A stretch of 64,000 nucleotides of DNA. Origin: Catajapyx aquilonaris (taxonomy: Eukaryota). This document shows, one piece after another, positions 38,119 through 50,377 of the stretch. The stretch is taken from contig KZ538270.1 of the NCBI GenBank assembly GCA_000934665.2, positions 1 to 64,000 of the forward strand, read 5' to 3'. A model generated the notes under the pieces. The model saw only the letters and a program-made list of their open reading frames with translations. It was not told the origin of the DNA and made no database searches. The position numbers were made by a program, and so were the translations under genes. Positions within the stretch are counted from its first letter, which is position 1. Each line of letters begins with the position of its first letter.

Positions 38119-38507
38119 TGACACAAAGCGCAATTATTGCTTGTTTACATGTATTGCACAAGTTGGTTATTGCAATTGCTAATTACTGTAGTTCTAATGT
38201 GTGTGTAATTAATTATGTGGACACTGGAATTTTTAGAATTAACAAATAACGGTTAAATTATAGTGTGCAGTACGGGAAAACAAGGCCTACTTTGTTCAGA
38301 AATATATTATTTTAATAACATATTTTTGCAATCGCTGAGAATGGAACGGACGGCACAGGGAGTAAGCCTCTCTCATTCTTTCTTGTTGAGCCACGTCAGC
38401 CACGTTTATCGCGGATGGGACGGTAGCGCCGTGCGGCGTCGGCGTCGGGGAGTTACAACCACAGGGTGGTACACGCCAACAAGACAAAGCCAGGGAGACA
38501 AGAAGGG

Positions 38508-41500
38508 ATGGCGGCGGGGCTGTACCGGTGCATCACGAGGAGTATGGCTGGATTCCTCGGAGGCAACGATGAGGACAGCCGTCAGCAGGCTGATGTCCCC
38601 CCTGCAGCTGCCAGCGGGGATGGCAATAATAACCAGCAGGGTCCGGCTGCTGGTGGAGGACCAGAAGCGGCAGAGGGTTCTTCTGGTGGATACGACGATC
38701 ACTCCGACCAGGAACGCCAGCTGCAGGAACCAGGCTCGGTGAATTCCTTTGAGGATATGGACAGCAGCACCAGCACCAGCAGCACTGGCAACGAAGGGTC
38801 AGAGCAGCAGGATGAGGAGGAGGCGGATGAAGGAAGGGATTCTCCCATGCCGGACGAAGGGTTCTTCTCCTGCCTGGATGAGCTCCACCTCTCCTTGCTG
38901 GAGGAGGGAGAACAGGACATGTCCCTGGAAACCTCAGACGAGATCGACGTCTACCTGTATGGCCACAGATTGGATGATCCCGCTGCGGAGGAGCAAGGCC
39001 CCAGCCAGAGCGGGCCCTCCGGTGCATCTGGAACCCTGGACGGCGGGGAAGGAAGTCGTGGGCAGCAGGGATGGGCCTTCAGCCAGGAGAGTCAGCCGAC
39101 GTCTGAGGACATCAACGGGGAAGCCGGCCTACAAGGTAAAGGAACATTTCAACTGGTGATGCTGACCAAACTGAACACAACATCAAAACCTCTTTCAGAT
39201 GGTGACAATTATGTAGGATTCAACAGAGGTGTGGCTTTCTGCCTAGTTCTAGAGGAGGTGTTTGGCCGGGTTCCGTCTACCCCGCAGGAAATGAGAATGT
39301 TCCGCCATGTGATGAGAGCTTACCAGGTACCACTCAGGCAACTCTTCGACACGCAGGACCCAACCTCCTCACCACCCAGGGTGAGTCAGAACTACAGGCG
39401 GTCACCCCATCTCAAGTACTTCGTGGCTCAAAACATGTCGAAAATTTAGGGGTTGCAAACCCAATAATGTACATGGCATGGGCTGAATCCAGTTGAAGAA
39501 TGTGTTGCAGACCTACAGCAACATTCACAACCACTTTTGCTCCAAGTAAATTATTTTACAGTCACTATAGATCGGTCGCTATACGAACGCAACCGAGTGG
39601 AAAATTTTATTACATGAAGGAATACAGTTTGTAATAAAATAAGAGCAAAAACATTCCCGTCAGTGAAAAAAAGGGTAGTAAGACCTCCGCGGTGGAATGA
39701 AAGTACTGAAACAATAGGCAGGCGCACGTAAGACCTTCACCAATTGATTTAAGCTGTACCATAGGTCTTTCATTTTTTTCATTTTCAAAATAAAACCCTA
39801 CATACTTCTCTGAGCAGTTTGCAGCAGTAATTTTTACGAGCCGTTCCATACAGTACTTGAGCATTGCTTGAGTAAGACCTATGGTACAGCTTAAATCAAT
39901 TGGTGAAGGTCTTACGTGCGCCTGCCTTGTTTCAGTACCTTCATTCCGCCGCGGAGGTCTTACTTCTCTTTTTTTTACTGAAGGGAAAGTTTTTGCTCTT
40001 ATTTCAGTTCTTTTTTTAAACCCCTTCGCAATACCAGATATACCGCCATCGCCTAGGTTGTCGCTTACACGTACTCTGAAGACAAGGACAAGATATTTTG
40101 CAAATAATAACAGCTACAGTGATATACGTATCATATCATACTAACACGTTTATGCTCTACTCTACAGTCTGCACTATGAATGTATTGGAGACGATTTTCG
40201 TCGCTTGGAAGTCCCTGAAATTATTTTAACATAGATAGTCGTAAAAAAAACGAAAGTCGAGTGCTACCAGCCAACGGTTCAAAAGTCTGATTTAATTGCC
40301 TCCGTCGCATCTGAAAACTCCCAAACTTACTTAATTTTCGCGAAATGCGACGATTTCAGCAAATTCGTCTGGCCCGTTTCTCAAGGTAGATATTCCGCAT
40401 ATACTGTAGCATAATTTAATAATTAAAAATCAGCTTAAGAGTTGGCCGGTAATACCTGGCGATGGCAATGGCAATATATCAGGTAGCAAAGGGGTTAATG
40501 GTACACCTGAATCCAGATAAAACTAACTTCAAGAGACTGCGGAAAAAGTTTGTTATAACCGAGATCTGTTATAGCCAATTCGTCACGCAATGAAAACAGA
40601 TATTTCTCCTTTTAATATGGCTGCAATATGCACTACTACAAGACTACATACCGATTAATGAAATCCGTCAAAAATGTAATATTAGCTCACCCAAAAATGA
40701 TGAAGGACCAAAATATCCAAAATTTTCTTCTGCCGTCTCCTTTGTGCAAATTTTGTACCTGGAAAACTATATTTTCCCACCGAGGGCCAAGAAATATGCA
40801 AGGGGGTAATCACTCGACTAATAACTTAAAAAGTGTATACACTGGAGTACCAAATTCAAGGAGGGCTTCGGTGCAGTTTAGAGCCGCAAAAGTCTTCCAG
40901 GTTTCTATATATTTTCCGAATCTACTCGATGAGCTGAGTCGAATGACACTATTCCTAGAGTGCGGAAATGCTTGGTTCAAGAGTAATTGAATTTTGAAAT
41001 TGCAAGTAATGACAATGAATAAAATGAAAGTAAACAAGTGTTCCTTTGTTGAGACTGTTCACTCCCATTGTTGCGTCAGGTGATTCTCCGTGGAAACGTG
41101 CTGTGAGGGATGCTGAATGATGGTAATAAACGGTTGTTCTTGGTTCGTTGGACATAGAACGAGAGCGCAAAAGTTTAATTTAACATCATTCAGGAGCGTC
41201 CATGGCCGAGGCACTGCATCGGTGCTTATCAGGAATAATTGGGCAAGCCTTCCTGGAAGTAATGAGGGAGGTTGCTTGTTATTTCCTGGGCCACTGCTCG
41301 AGGCCTCTTGCCCGCCAACAAGTGTTGCCGTAAAATGAATCCTAAGCTTTTACTCAAGGCATGCCCCACTCTGATTGTGTTGGTGTTATCTGTGAGGCGT
41401 TGGTGTGACCGCACCAGTACTGTCTGTCTTGTGGCCCTGCCAGGCACGGTACGTCGCCTGCCAGGCACGGTACGTCGCCTTTGCGTGATATTTTTAGTTT

Positions 41501-43861
41501 TTGCGGAGCGATAGAAGAGCTGGGCGCTTATTGTGGGTTTCTGTATCCGCAACATTTACTGCCCGTCTTGTGGCGCCGCAGGCCAACGAACGTTATTGTG
41601 GCTTTGCCACATCCACATCCGCAACACCCACATCTACGTCACTACAAGGCGGACAGTATTTCTGCGAACACACAACCCCCAAACGACGTTTAAAATTACC
41701 ACGGATATTCATTCACTCAACAATGGGAGTAAACTGTTTCAACAAAGGAACACTTGTTTATTTTCATTTATTCATTGTTATTACTTGCAATTTCAAAATT
41801 CAATTACTCTTGAACCAAGCATTTCCGCACTCTAGGAGAAGTGTCATTCGACTCAGCTCATCGAGTAGATTCGGAAAATATATAGAAACCTGGAAGACTT
41901 TTGCGGCTCTAAACTGCACCCTTACCTCAAGGAGTACCAAGGAGTAATAAAGAGTGAGGTGCCTGAGGAGTACCAGGGAGTACCACTCGCAGGTGTACAC
42001 CGGAGTACCGAAGTGATTACCCCCTTGAAGAAATGGTGTGCTCTACCCGATGTGAGGTGTTTTGTCAGGAGTAAAATACACACGGTCTTATGGAAGCATG
42101 CCGGGTCCGGCCTTTATAACCAAAGGTCTGTAGTTATAGCCGAGGCTGTTATATCCGGATTCAACTGTAATAAGTACATTCCGTTCACCCTAGAGCAGCG
42201 GGTAACATTGCGCTAATAATATGGCGAGGTGTAAATAAGAATTGACATTGCTAGACGATGGAATCACGAACAAATGAAGTATTTGACGGAAAAAAAATAA
42301 TAACTTAAATCCTGCAGCAGGTGGAACTGCGAGGTTTTGAACATTGATCCGCACCATCCTACTGCTCATTCGGCCCTTTGATGAAGAAACCGAATTCCGA
42401 ATACTTATGGAGCAAAAAAATAGAAACGTATTTTTTTTGCGGCGTTTTGAAGAGGAATTGAGTTTAGCCGTAAATGGTTGGAATGCACTTCACGACGGTG
42501 GGCGTCTGTGTTCAAAATTTGGAAGCTCTACCTACAGCAGAACTTGAGTTAGGGCGAATAAAAAAAGCGTAACAAGAAGAAGAAGATGTTGAAGAAATTC
42601 ATTGTTGAAATCTATGCTACGGTCTTACTTAAGGGCTATCGCCCCTTAAATTCCTGTAATAAAATTGGCCACTCGGTTGCGTTCGTATAGCAACCGATCT
42701 ATAGTGATTCAAACACTTCACCCAGTTTTTCCACTCACAATTCCATCCATCAACCTCACTCTGCCGTTAACCCTTAGGCAGCGTGGTGGGAAAATTCACC
42801 AAATCCCGGACCAAACAAAATAATAATTCACGGCTGATTACTTCTGAATCTAAGGTCATATTAGTGCGCTTTCAAGTGTAAGAGACGCACATTATTATAT
42901 TCATGTTGGTGCAGTGGGCATGTCTTCTTCTGCAGTAATCATGTGTCTCAGACTGACCCCTTCCTGCAGGTGAACGGGAATGCTGTGCAGCCATGGCAGC
43001 TGCCCGTGCTAGGAACCATCGCTCTCGTCCAGGTTATGCCCAACAACTCAGAGCAGTTTGGTCCATCGGCCGGAACACAGGCCCTGGAGAGCAGCAGCCA
43101 GGAAGAGCGGAAGGGCAACGTGGAAGAGGGGGGACAGGTAGCGAGGTTTCAGGAAGCAGGAAGAGGGAATCCACGGGGAAGAGGGAATCCACGGGGAAGA
43201 GTGCCCCGAGGTCAACGGGGACCCCGAGGGAACAGCTCTCCCAGAGGCTGGGGTGCCCCGCATGGCTACTACGTGAACCATGGATTTAACGACATGAATC
43301 GAGGAGGTTACCACACTAACCCAGGAGGTTACCATACTAACCCAGGTTACTTCACGGATCATGGAGGTTACCCCACTAACCCAGGTTACTTCACGGATCG
43401 TGGAGGTTTCCACGCTAATCCAGGTTACTACATGGGTCGTGGAGGTTACTACATGGATCATGGAGGTTACCCGGGTCCCCAGGAGCCTCAGATCCCCTAC
43501 TTTGGGCAGGGTGGAGGTGGCCAGCAGAACTGGGGTCCAGTGAGGCACAGGCGTGGCCAATACCACAACATGAACAGCTTCAACAACATGGTGAGAAAAT
43601 GTTTTTATTTTCACTTGGTCAATTTGGGCTGTAGCCAATGGCACCAAATCTTTACTTGATTTGAGTTCAGTGACCTGCCATCTATATAAAATGACGTCTG
43701 CAAACACTTTCCTCACACTTGCTCATCTGTTCCCTTGCGACTTTCCCCAGTGCGGATGCAACGGGCAGATCTCCCAGCCCTACTTCCGGCCTCACTTAGG
43801 CCCTTTTCCCTGCCCATGGCCGCAGAGCACCTCCAGCCCAAGAGGAAGAGGACGGAGGTAA
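38508..43861 (+). CDS. Uncharacterised gene B (~513 aa): acidic N-terminus, short helical core, RG/RGG and Tyr-Gly repeat C-terminus
   Basis: Exons 38508-39135, 39199-39380, 42970-43590 and 43751-43861. GT-AG introns have matching phases (1,0,0), and the 3.6-kb second intron contains the nested TE stack. GGYxTNPGYFTDx repeats at ~43300-43470. Confidence 0.7.
39637..40004. repeat. Foldback with ~130-bp inverted arms
   Basis: 39637-39769 and 39874-40004 are reverse complements with few mismatches (e.g. cgtaagaccttcaccaattgatttaagctgtaccataggtctt). Confidence 0.85.
40021..40494. mobile_element. piggyBac-type MITE
   Basis: CCCCTTCGC..TACCAGATATA..GCCATCGCC at the left and GGCGATGGC..TATATCAGGTAGCAAAGGGG at the right. 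TTAA follows the right end and ttaaa precedes the left. Confidence 0.7.
40799..42027. mobile_element. Small TIR element (CAAGGGGGTAATCACT termini, GGAGTACC subterminal repeats)
   Basis: 16-bp exact inverted termini at 40799-40814 and 42012-42027. ggagtacc is repeated about five times near the ends. Confidence 0.65.
40870..41920. mobile_element. Element with ~200-bp long TIRs (innermost insertion)
   Basis: 40870-41073 and 41718-41920 are near-identical reverse complements; the ORF track shows the same peptide on opposite strands. No transposase was recognised inside. Confidence 0.85.
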
Positions 43862-44823
43862 AGGTACTGGAGTACTCTCGTCATTATTATTTCCTTAGCC
43901 ATTTGGAAGAAAGGGCAATAGCAGTTAAGCCACATTGTTCACGGAAATTGTGATTGAACCACATAGTCATGCGAGTTTTTTTTTTTTGGTACCAACCTTT
44001 ATGTATGGATCGACTGATACTTTCAAGAAACCTTCCCAACTTGTCCGGTTTTTTCTAGTACAAATTAGGGAAGACATAATGATACAAATTAAATTATCTG
44101 CAATCTTTTGTGATATAATGATGTCTTAGGCCCTTAGGGTAATTAATCACACACACAAGTGTAAAGTATTAATTTAGAATTCAATCATGGAAGTAATTCT
44201 GTGATGACATTGGTGCTAATCATTGCCAAAGTTCCTTTGAAGATATTGTCATGTATGAATGTTTGTGTTCTATGCTAATATTCCAAGTGTATTTTCGTAA
44301 CGTTTGAATTGTAAGGTTTTACCACTAGACTTTCAACTAATTAGCAGTAAATGCAAGTGTTCAACCGTTTTATAATGATTCTTTGCGAGCAATGTGATAA
44401 TCATGAATGTTCAAGCCCTTATGCAAGGAAATAAATAATGCGTGGCACCTGAAAAAAAACTGATTTCGCTCATTATTTTCCTGGCGAACAAATGAAAACA
44501 AAGTTCATGCACAACCAGATCCGTATATTTTCAAGTCAGTCATCTGGGCATACAAGTTATGGCGCCCTGAATAAATGCAACCCTCCATTACGTTTGTGGT
44601 AAATGCGGTATAAAAATATGTTTTAAGCATTGAGATTACTTCGCAGCAAGTACACCTGCATTATAAGTTGAGCATTGAACAATAAGCGAATTGCGCTCCA
44701 GATTTGGCCCCAAATTTTTACCTAACTACAGGTGCAGTTACACTACAGTGGCAAACACACATTGTCGACATGAGCATGCAACCGCACTGTGTGCAAAAGC
44801 TCCTCTAAACTGACCTGCATTGC

Positions 44824-45550
44824 CTAGGCAGTAATGACCATGTCAATATCCCGATCGTTGTCGCTAGTTGGCAGGTCGTCAAGCACCTGCTGCGTGTAGG
44901 CTAGTGCGACAGTGACTGGGATCTGGCCCCGTCCCCTGGTCAGAAGCTTCTCCAGGTAAGTGTCGTAGTAGCCTTTCCCCCTACCCAGCCTCTTCCCACA
45001 GGCGGTGAAGGCAAGTCCAGGCACGATGACCAGGTCCAGCCCTCCCTCCAGAGCCTCCTCCCTGTCCTCGTCCAGTGGAGGCTGACGGATGTTCCACTTG
45101 GTCATGGGAAGGCTCTCGTAGTCCAGCATCGAGTGCAGGCGCACCATCTCCATGGATCTGCTGCCGTCTCCGTGAGAGTATCTGGGCAGGGGCTACATGA
45201 TTAGTGCCTATGCTTTCACCTGCGACGTGTTGCGCTACCTCGGGATGAAGCATGCCTTTCCAGAGCTGAGAATGTGCTGCAAGAGGGTCCCCGTCTGCAC
45301 TTCTTCTGGGAGGCTGAGGTACACGCACACACGGCGGCTGGACTTGTACACGTTGCTCTCTGTGAGCTGGAAAGGACCGTTGGTGAGTGAGTGGCTGGTG
45401 TTTTGCAATGAGCGGCCAACGTGCACTGCGCTAATGAACTACCTTTGTGGCGATGAGGCTGGACTGCCTCTCCCTCTCCTCTGTGGTAATGGAGGCCAGT
45501 CGCTTCTTCATGTCCTTCCTGAGGGCAGCCTTGGCCGCCTTCACCGCCAT
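44824..45550 (-). CDS. MTHFS: 5-formyltetrahydrofolate cyclo-ligase, 3 exons: 45443-45550, 45239-45366, 44824-45181
   Basis: MAVKAAKAALRKDMKKRL..., YLSLPEEVQT, CFIPRY, WNIRQP, LDLVIVPGLAFTACGKRLGRGKGYYD (family signature); intron phases are consistent. Confidence 0.96.
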
Positions 45551-46696
45551 GCTTTTAGCCTCTCACGTGCCCACAACAAACAATGCAACTGGTATCTGGC
45601 AGCCACTCATAATAACTGATATCCCCTCTTGCAGAACCGGTTCGGATAAGCAGCTTAGCACTCCCAGGAAGCCAGACTCAGCCAGGTTTTTTTTTGCACC
45701 AACACATTTTTGAAGTCCATAGCCACGTTTTTAACTCTCTGAGCGGTTCCTCTTTTCTGTCCCATAGGTCGGAAGGTCACACTCACTGTCCGTCTGGCAA
45801 CTCGGATCTGACATGGCCGCCTCCGGTGGGAATATTTAAAGCCCAACACTGGGGGGCTTATTCCTGTCGATTTCATAATCTGCATGCTAACTTCCATCCT
45901 AAAATATGCAGACACATCACCGTGTAACCTGAAAATAATTGTACACAATTTCACAATCCGACGAATATGGTAACGTATTTACTGATTTGATTCGTAGGCA
46001 TATATTTCTAGATGAGATTTTCTAGCTGGCTGGAGCAATTCAGCCAGGAATTTGTGTTTATTTATTTTAATGCACAAATAGGGGGTGCAAAAGTAATCAA
46101 GGCTGCCAAATTATCACATTATGTCAATTGAAAGGGTAATGATATAATCCACACCGAACCTCTCGATCCGGCATTACATGGTTAGCTGTGCGTGTTTAAC
46201 AGAGCGAACCATATATAAAATCGCATTATTATTCACTATACGCATTTACCTGGGTGGGTTAATCCTTCAATATTTACCATTTGGCTGCGGAACATCTATA
46301 TCGGAAAATTCGCGGGGGGTTTATACTACATAAAAGGTCGGAGTAAAGGTCGTATGGATGGATTACTGCAGCTGCTGCTACGTGTCCGACTATTAGAGTG
46401 ACCTTGATCTCCCTGGAGAGGTATCAGTTGGTGCAGCATATCCAATAACATTGATATTGCCCGGAAGGTGTCGATGTTACGACGTGTTGAAGCTAACTTA
46501 TCCATTATATAGCGATGCCACATGCGAGGTATATAGGAAATGGATTAAAGAGGGAAAGAAAAGGAGAGTCATCACACATGAGTTGCTGCTAATTCGGTGA
46601 GTGGTGGTTGCGCAACAAGGTCACTCGTCCTCTGCTGCTGCTGCCATAACACACCATAAAAAAAAGTGAATTGTGCGGGATCTACACATAATCCAG

Positions 46697-49071
46697 CTGG
46701 CGGAGAGAGAGAGGCCTTCTTCACATGATCTGAGCGAGGTAGAAGACCTGCTGGGAGGAGCCTGCGAAGATGCTGCTGGACCATTCCAAACTCCTATCAA
46801 TTACAGTTCTGCTAACCCTGCACCATGACCTGGTCGTTGCTGCAGAACAACAAGACGACAAGGTATAGTAACAACGTGACTCGAGATTAAGTATCCATTG
46901 CCAATATTGTTTCTTGCAGGCGGAGATTTTTCTTTTGTATATACACCATGATGCCCTAATAGTACAGCACTTGTCATTACAGCAGAGAGGGTAAAACATG
47001 CATGTGTCGCAACATGCGTTTCTCTGTATAGGCACCTTATGCAAAGCACACGTGACAGACATCGAAAAAGGAATCAACAAATCCGTTAAGAAATACGTGT
47101 GTGTGAGATGGATCGTGTGCATTATTTTGGAACTATAGGGAATGAGTTGGCATTGGGCTGACCATGCTGCAGGCAAGCAGCAGGATCCCCGAATAATGAA
47201 AAGGCCAGCAGGAATCGGCAACTTCCGGCGGCCTCCTCGCGTGCCAAGGTTGATGACGGTGTAACTGCGCTGTGGTGATGCTGCTCAGTGCTGCTTCCAA
47301 ACCAACAAACGCCATTCACTTATACCTATATACCATTCATCCAGAATCCTGTAGATGATGGACAAACATCCGAATCTGACCAGTCATACGTATGACATTG
47401 CATTGGTTGGGACTCATTATAACCTGAATCGGGAGAGTGTGTGTGATGCTATATATCCTGGCAGATATGCGTCCCTTTTCACTCTGGCCATTTCTCCTCC
47501 CAAGCATCTCTGCCTGTGACAAGGGATGCTCCGCTCGTGGGTCCATAGATGGCCCCTGCTCATACTCCGGATGTGTTGTGCCTGAGCGAGGGATGAATGA
47601 TCTGCAGGCGACGCCGAGATGCTCGTTTTTACATTTTAAAAGTGAACCTGCACGCCTCCAAGAATGTCCTGAATTTATTGATCGTTTCCCTGTGCACTGC
47701 AGGGATGGATACATTCCCACTAAACACTCTATAGTATTATGACTAGTGCATGATGGCTGTGTTTTTTGGCTTCTTCCAACTCCATCAGCAAACTCAAGTG
47801 TAACATGCCTTTTCCTCTCTCTGTTCTCTGCGCAGCCTGACCACTGCGTGTTACCAGACGGACTGAGAAACGGTAGGGAGGATTACGACCAAGAGTACGA
47901 TTTTTGCCTAAAGGCCACTGACAACATGGACGTGGACGTACATGTAAGGCAATTACTTTGCTACATAATATTGAACGGTGTCGAGCATCCAGCAGCATTT
48001 TCAAGTACACCTGCAATGTGTACCCTGTCACTCATTCACTGCAGTTGTCGTCATTATCGATCGCTCCCATTACATTTGCAGTGTTCATACTGCACATATG
48101 ATAACTTCGGTCCAAACCTTGATCGTCCATCGACGAAATTCGTGGTCAATTTATAGGCTTTTCGTTCCAGCAACGTCTAGTACGACACCAAGGCTCTCCC
48201 TAAAGGAAGCGTTTGTTACCAATTTATAATCTAACTTGCCTAGGCCACCTTTTATGCAAGAGTTATTGATTTTTACATCCCTTTTTGCGAGGGTGGGGCC
48301 GACCTTATCAAAGTCCTATACTTTTTTTAAATTAGTTATCTAACGGGCATTTATCCTATATTGGACCAGCTCTCTTTGGACGAATATGGTATGGCCAAAG
48401 ATAATTATGATATAAGCTTTCATACTTATTTTCAATTGTGCTCTTTTGATCAGATGGACATACCTACAAAAAAAAAAGCTACTTGCAATGCTCCAGGTGC
48501 TTGCCAATGTTTTAACCTGTTTCATCTACTGACAGACACCGTTTAATATCTTTCCCATTGTTTTGTGCAACGCCGCAGTGCGTCTCCGTCTGCGCCTTTG
48601 GCAACATGGGCATGGTGAGTGCACACATCAGAGTTGTTTCGATCAAATTCACTATAATTTTTAGCCAGCCCTAAGCAATTACTGCATGCCCTGTACTTCC
48701 AGCTGGACAGCGATGGTTACCCACTGGCCGCGGAGTTTTCTGACGCATTCGTGCCCCGGGATGACTACCCGGCTGCCAACGCCTTCTTCGCAGCCAAAAT
48801 CAACCAGTGCGTCCAAATAGGTACAAAATACTATTTAAAAAAAAAAGTAAATACGGCAAGTACGTACATTATTTCCTATACAGAGAAGTATGAAAACGGC
48901 AACGTGGTGCAGATCTCTTGCATGACTCCCTTCAAGCTGCTCAACTGTGCAGCTGAACTGCTCTATCAGGTGAGCTTCACTATATGGTGGATGTTGCCGC
49001 AACTCTGCATGGTGTGTACCCAACTATTTGTTGCATTTTGCAGGAGTGCCCACTACCGGACACACCGTAAC
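46697..49071 (+). pseudogene. Decayed multi-exon gene of unknown family
   Basis: Run of GT-AG-bounded exon-like blocks. The last ones splice in frame (LDSDGYPLAAEFSDAFVPRDDYPAANAFFAAKINQCVQI-EKYENGNVVQISCMTPFKLLNCAAELLYQ-ECPLPDTP*), but the exon at 48157 carries in-frame TAG/TAA/TAG. The 5' boundary is uncertain. Confidence 0.4.
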
Positions 49072-50377
49072 TCTCCCCAGCCGATTAGCCCAAATTTCAA
49101 GCTGATATAGTTCCATCATCTTTGTAATCCATCAGAAACCGAGTACAAATACACGGAGTCCATTGGACCTTTTCGAATCTGAGTCAACAGCGTTGTTCAG
49201 AGTGGCTGTTTTGAACCTGATGCATCATCGCGAGCATCAGATGAATGACCATCAGCAGCATGTAAAATCTGACCTGTGCTGGCTGCTCCAAGTGCTGAGG
49301 GTGGTATGATCCTTGATGGTACGAGTGTGTCGGTCCGATACGCAATATGGCTCATCTCACCTCCAGACCTACCCGCAAATACAATGCAGGTATGATGACC
49401 CAGTTGTTGTTGTACGGGATGAATTTGTGCCCAAAAAAAAACTTTCAAGTGCCACTATACTGGATATGGGACTCGTTCAGTGTACAGCAGGTAACGCCAT
49501 CATTATTGTTGAAGAATTAAAACGTTCCCATCAGCAATTTTGGAGGGGGCTAAAAATCCCATTTACGTGCACACACCCACGTAACGCACGTTATTTGGCG
49601 ACATCCCCACGCGCAAATGGAGTATCGCATTACCTTGCTGGCCCTGGAGGGAATGGAGAGCATAATGTGTGGTGCGCTGGAATCATGCTGTATATATGTG
49701 TGCAGTGTGAGTGGGTTTCTATATGCAGTCAGGGGCCAGAGATAAAACACGCGTAATTCGATCCCAGTTCGGATGCTGGGCAACTCCCCCTCCGCCCATC
49801 CATCCATACATTTTGCCTCTCTCACACAAGCCAACGTCATTCAGCTTTTTTTTTCCCCTGCGTCACTACAGTCACATATACCAACCTGATCATTATCGAT
49901 GCAGCAATCTAAATTTTTTTTAAATATATATATATATATATTGGCGCAAATGAAAAGTCGGGTCATGTGTACATGGATCTGAATCTTTATTTACTTATTT
50001 ATTATCTTACGTATTTAGCGTATTTTGTAATCTGTGCATGAGACGCGCTCCCATCATATTCCCCCCCATTTAATAATACATTGAATTAATTCCGCACAGT
50101 TGTAGGAGCGCGCCCCCTTACTGTTTGTTTTATTCTTAAATTCTTTTGGTAAACCCCCCCCCCCCTTGTCCAATCTCATTCAGAGTCAGAAACAATACTG
50201 TCGGTGGCGTTGGTCCCAGCAGTCGTGACGAGGAGCGTCGCCTCCCTTCCGCCCGTCGTCGTCGTCGTCGTCGCAGCACAGCCTCTACGACGACGAAGGG
50301 CAGTGTTTGGTGGTGCGACCGGAAGGCGACGGGATGATGCAAGCGGCAGCAAGCAGAGACGGTCATCCGCAAGGTCA

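Larger units (their letters stand above)
40504..42167. mobile_element. Tc1/mariner-type MITE (same family as 2902-3031) expanded by internal insertions
   Basis: TA|CACCTGAATCCAGATAAAAC ... GTTATATCCGGATTCAACTG|TA. The right end matches ~30 bp of the element at 2905. Confidence 0.65.
39563..42706. mobile_element. Non-autonomous DNA transposon with CACTATAG TIRs (CACTA/Transib-like) hosting nested elements
   Basis: CACTATAGATCGGTCGCTATACGAACGCAACCGAGTGG..AATTTTATTACA at 39563 and its near-perfect reverse complement ending at 42706. No clean TSD. Confidence 0.8.

Noticed and set aside
40628..42000. Duplicate ORFs on opposite strands (VQFRAAKVFQVSIYFP...)
   Set aside because: They are a by-product of the 200-bp inverted repeats.
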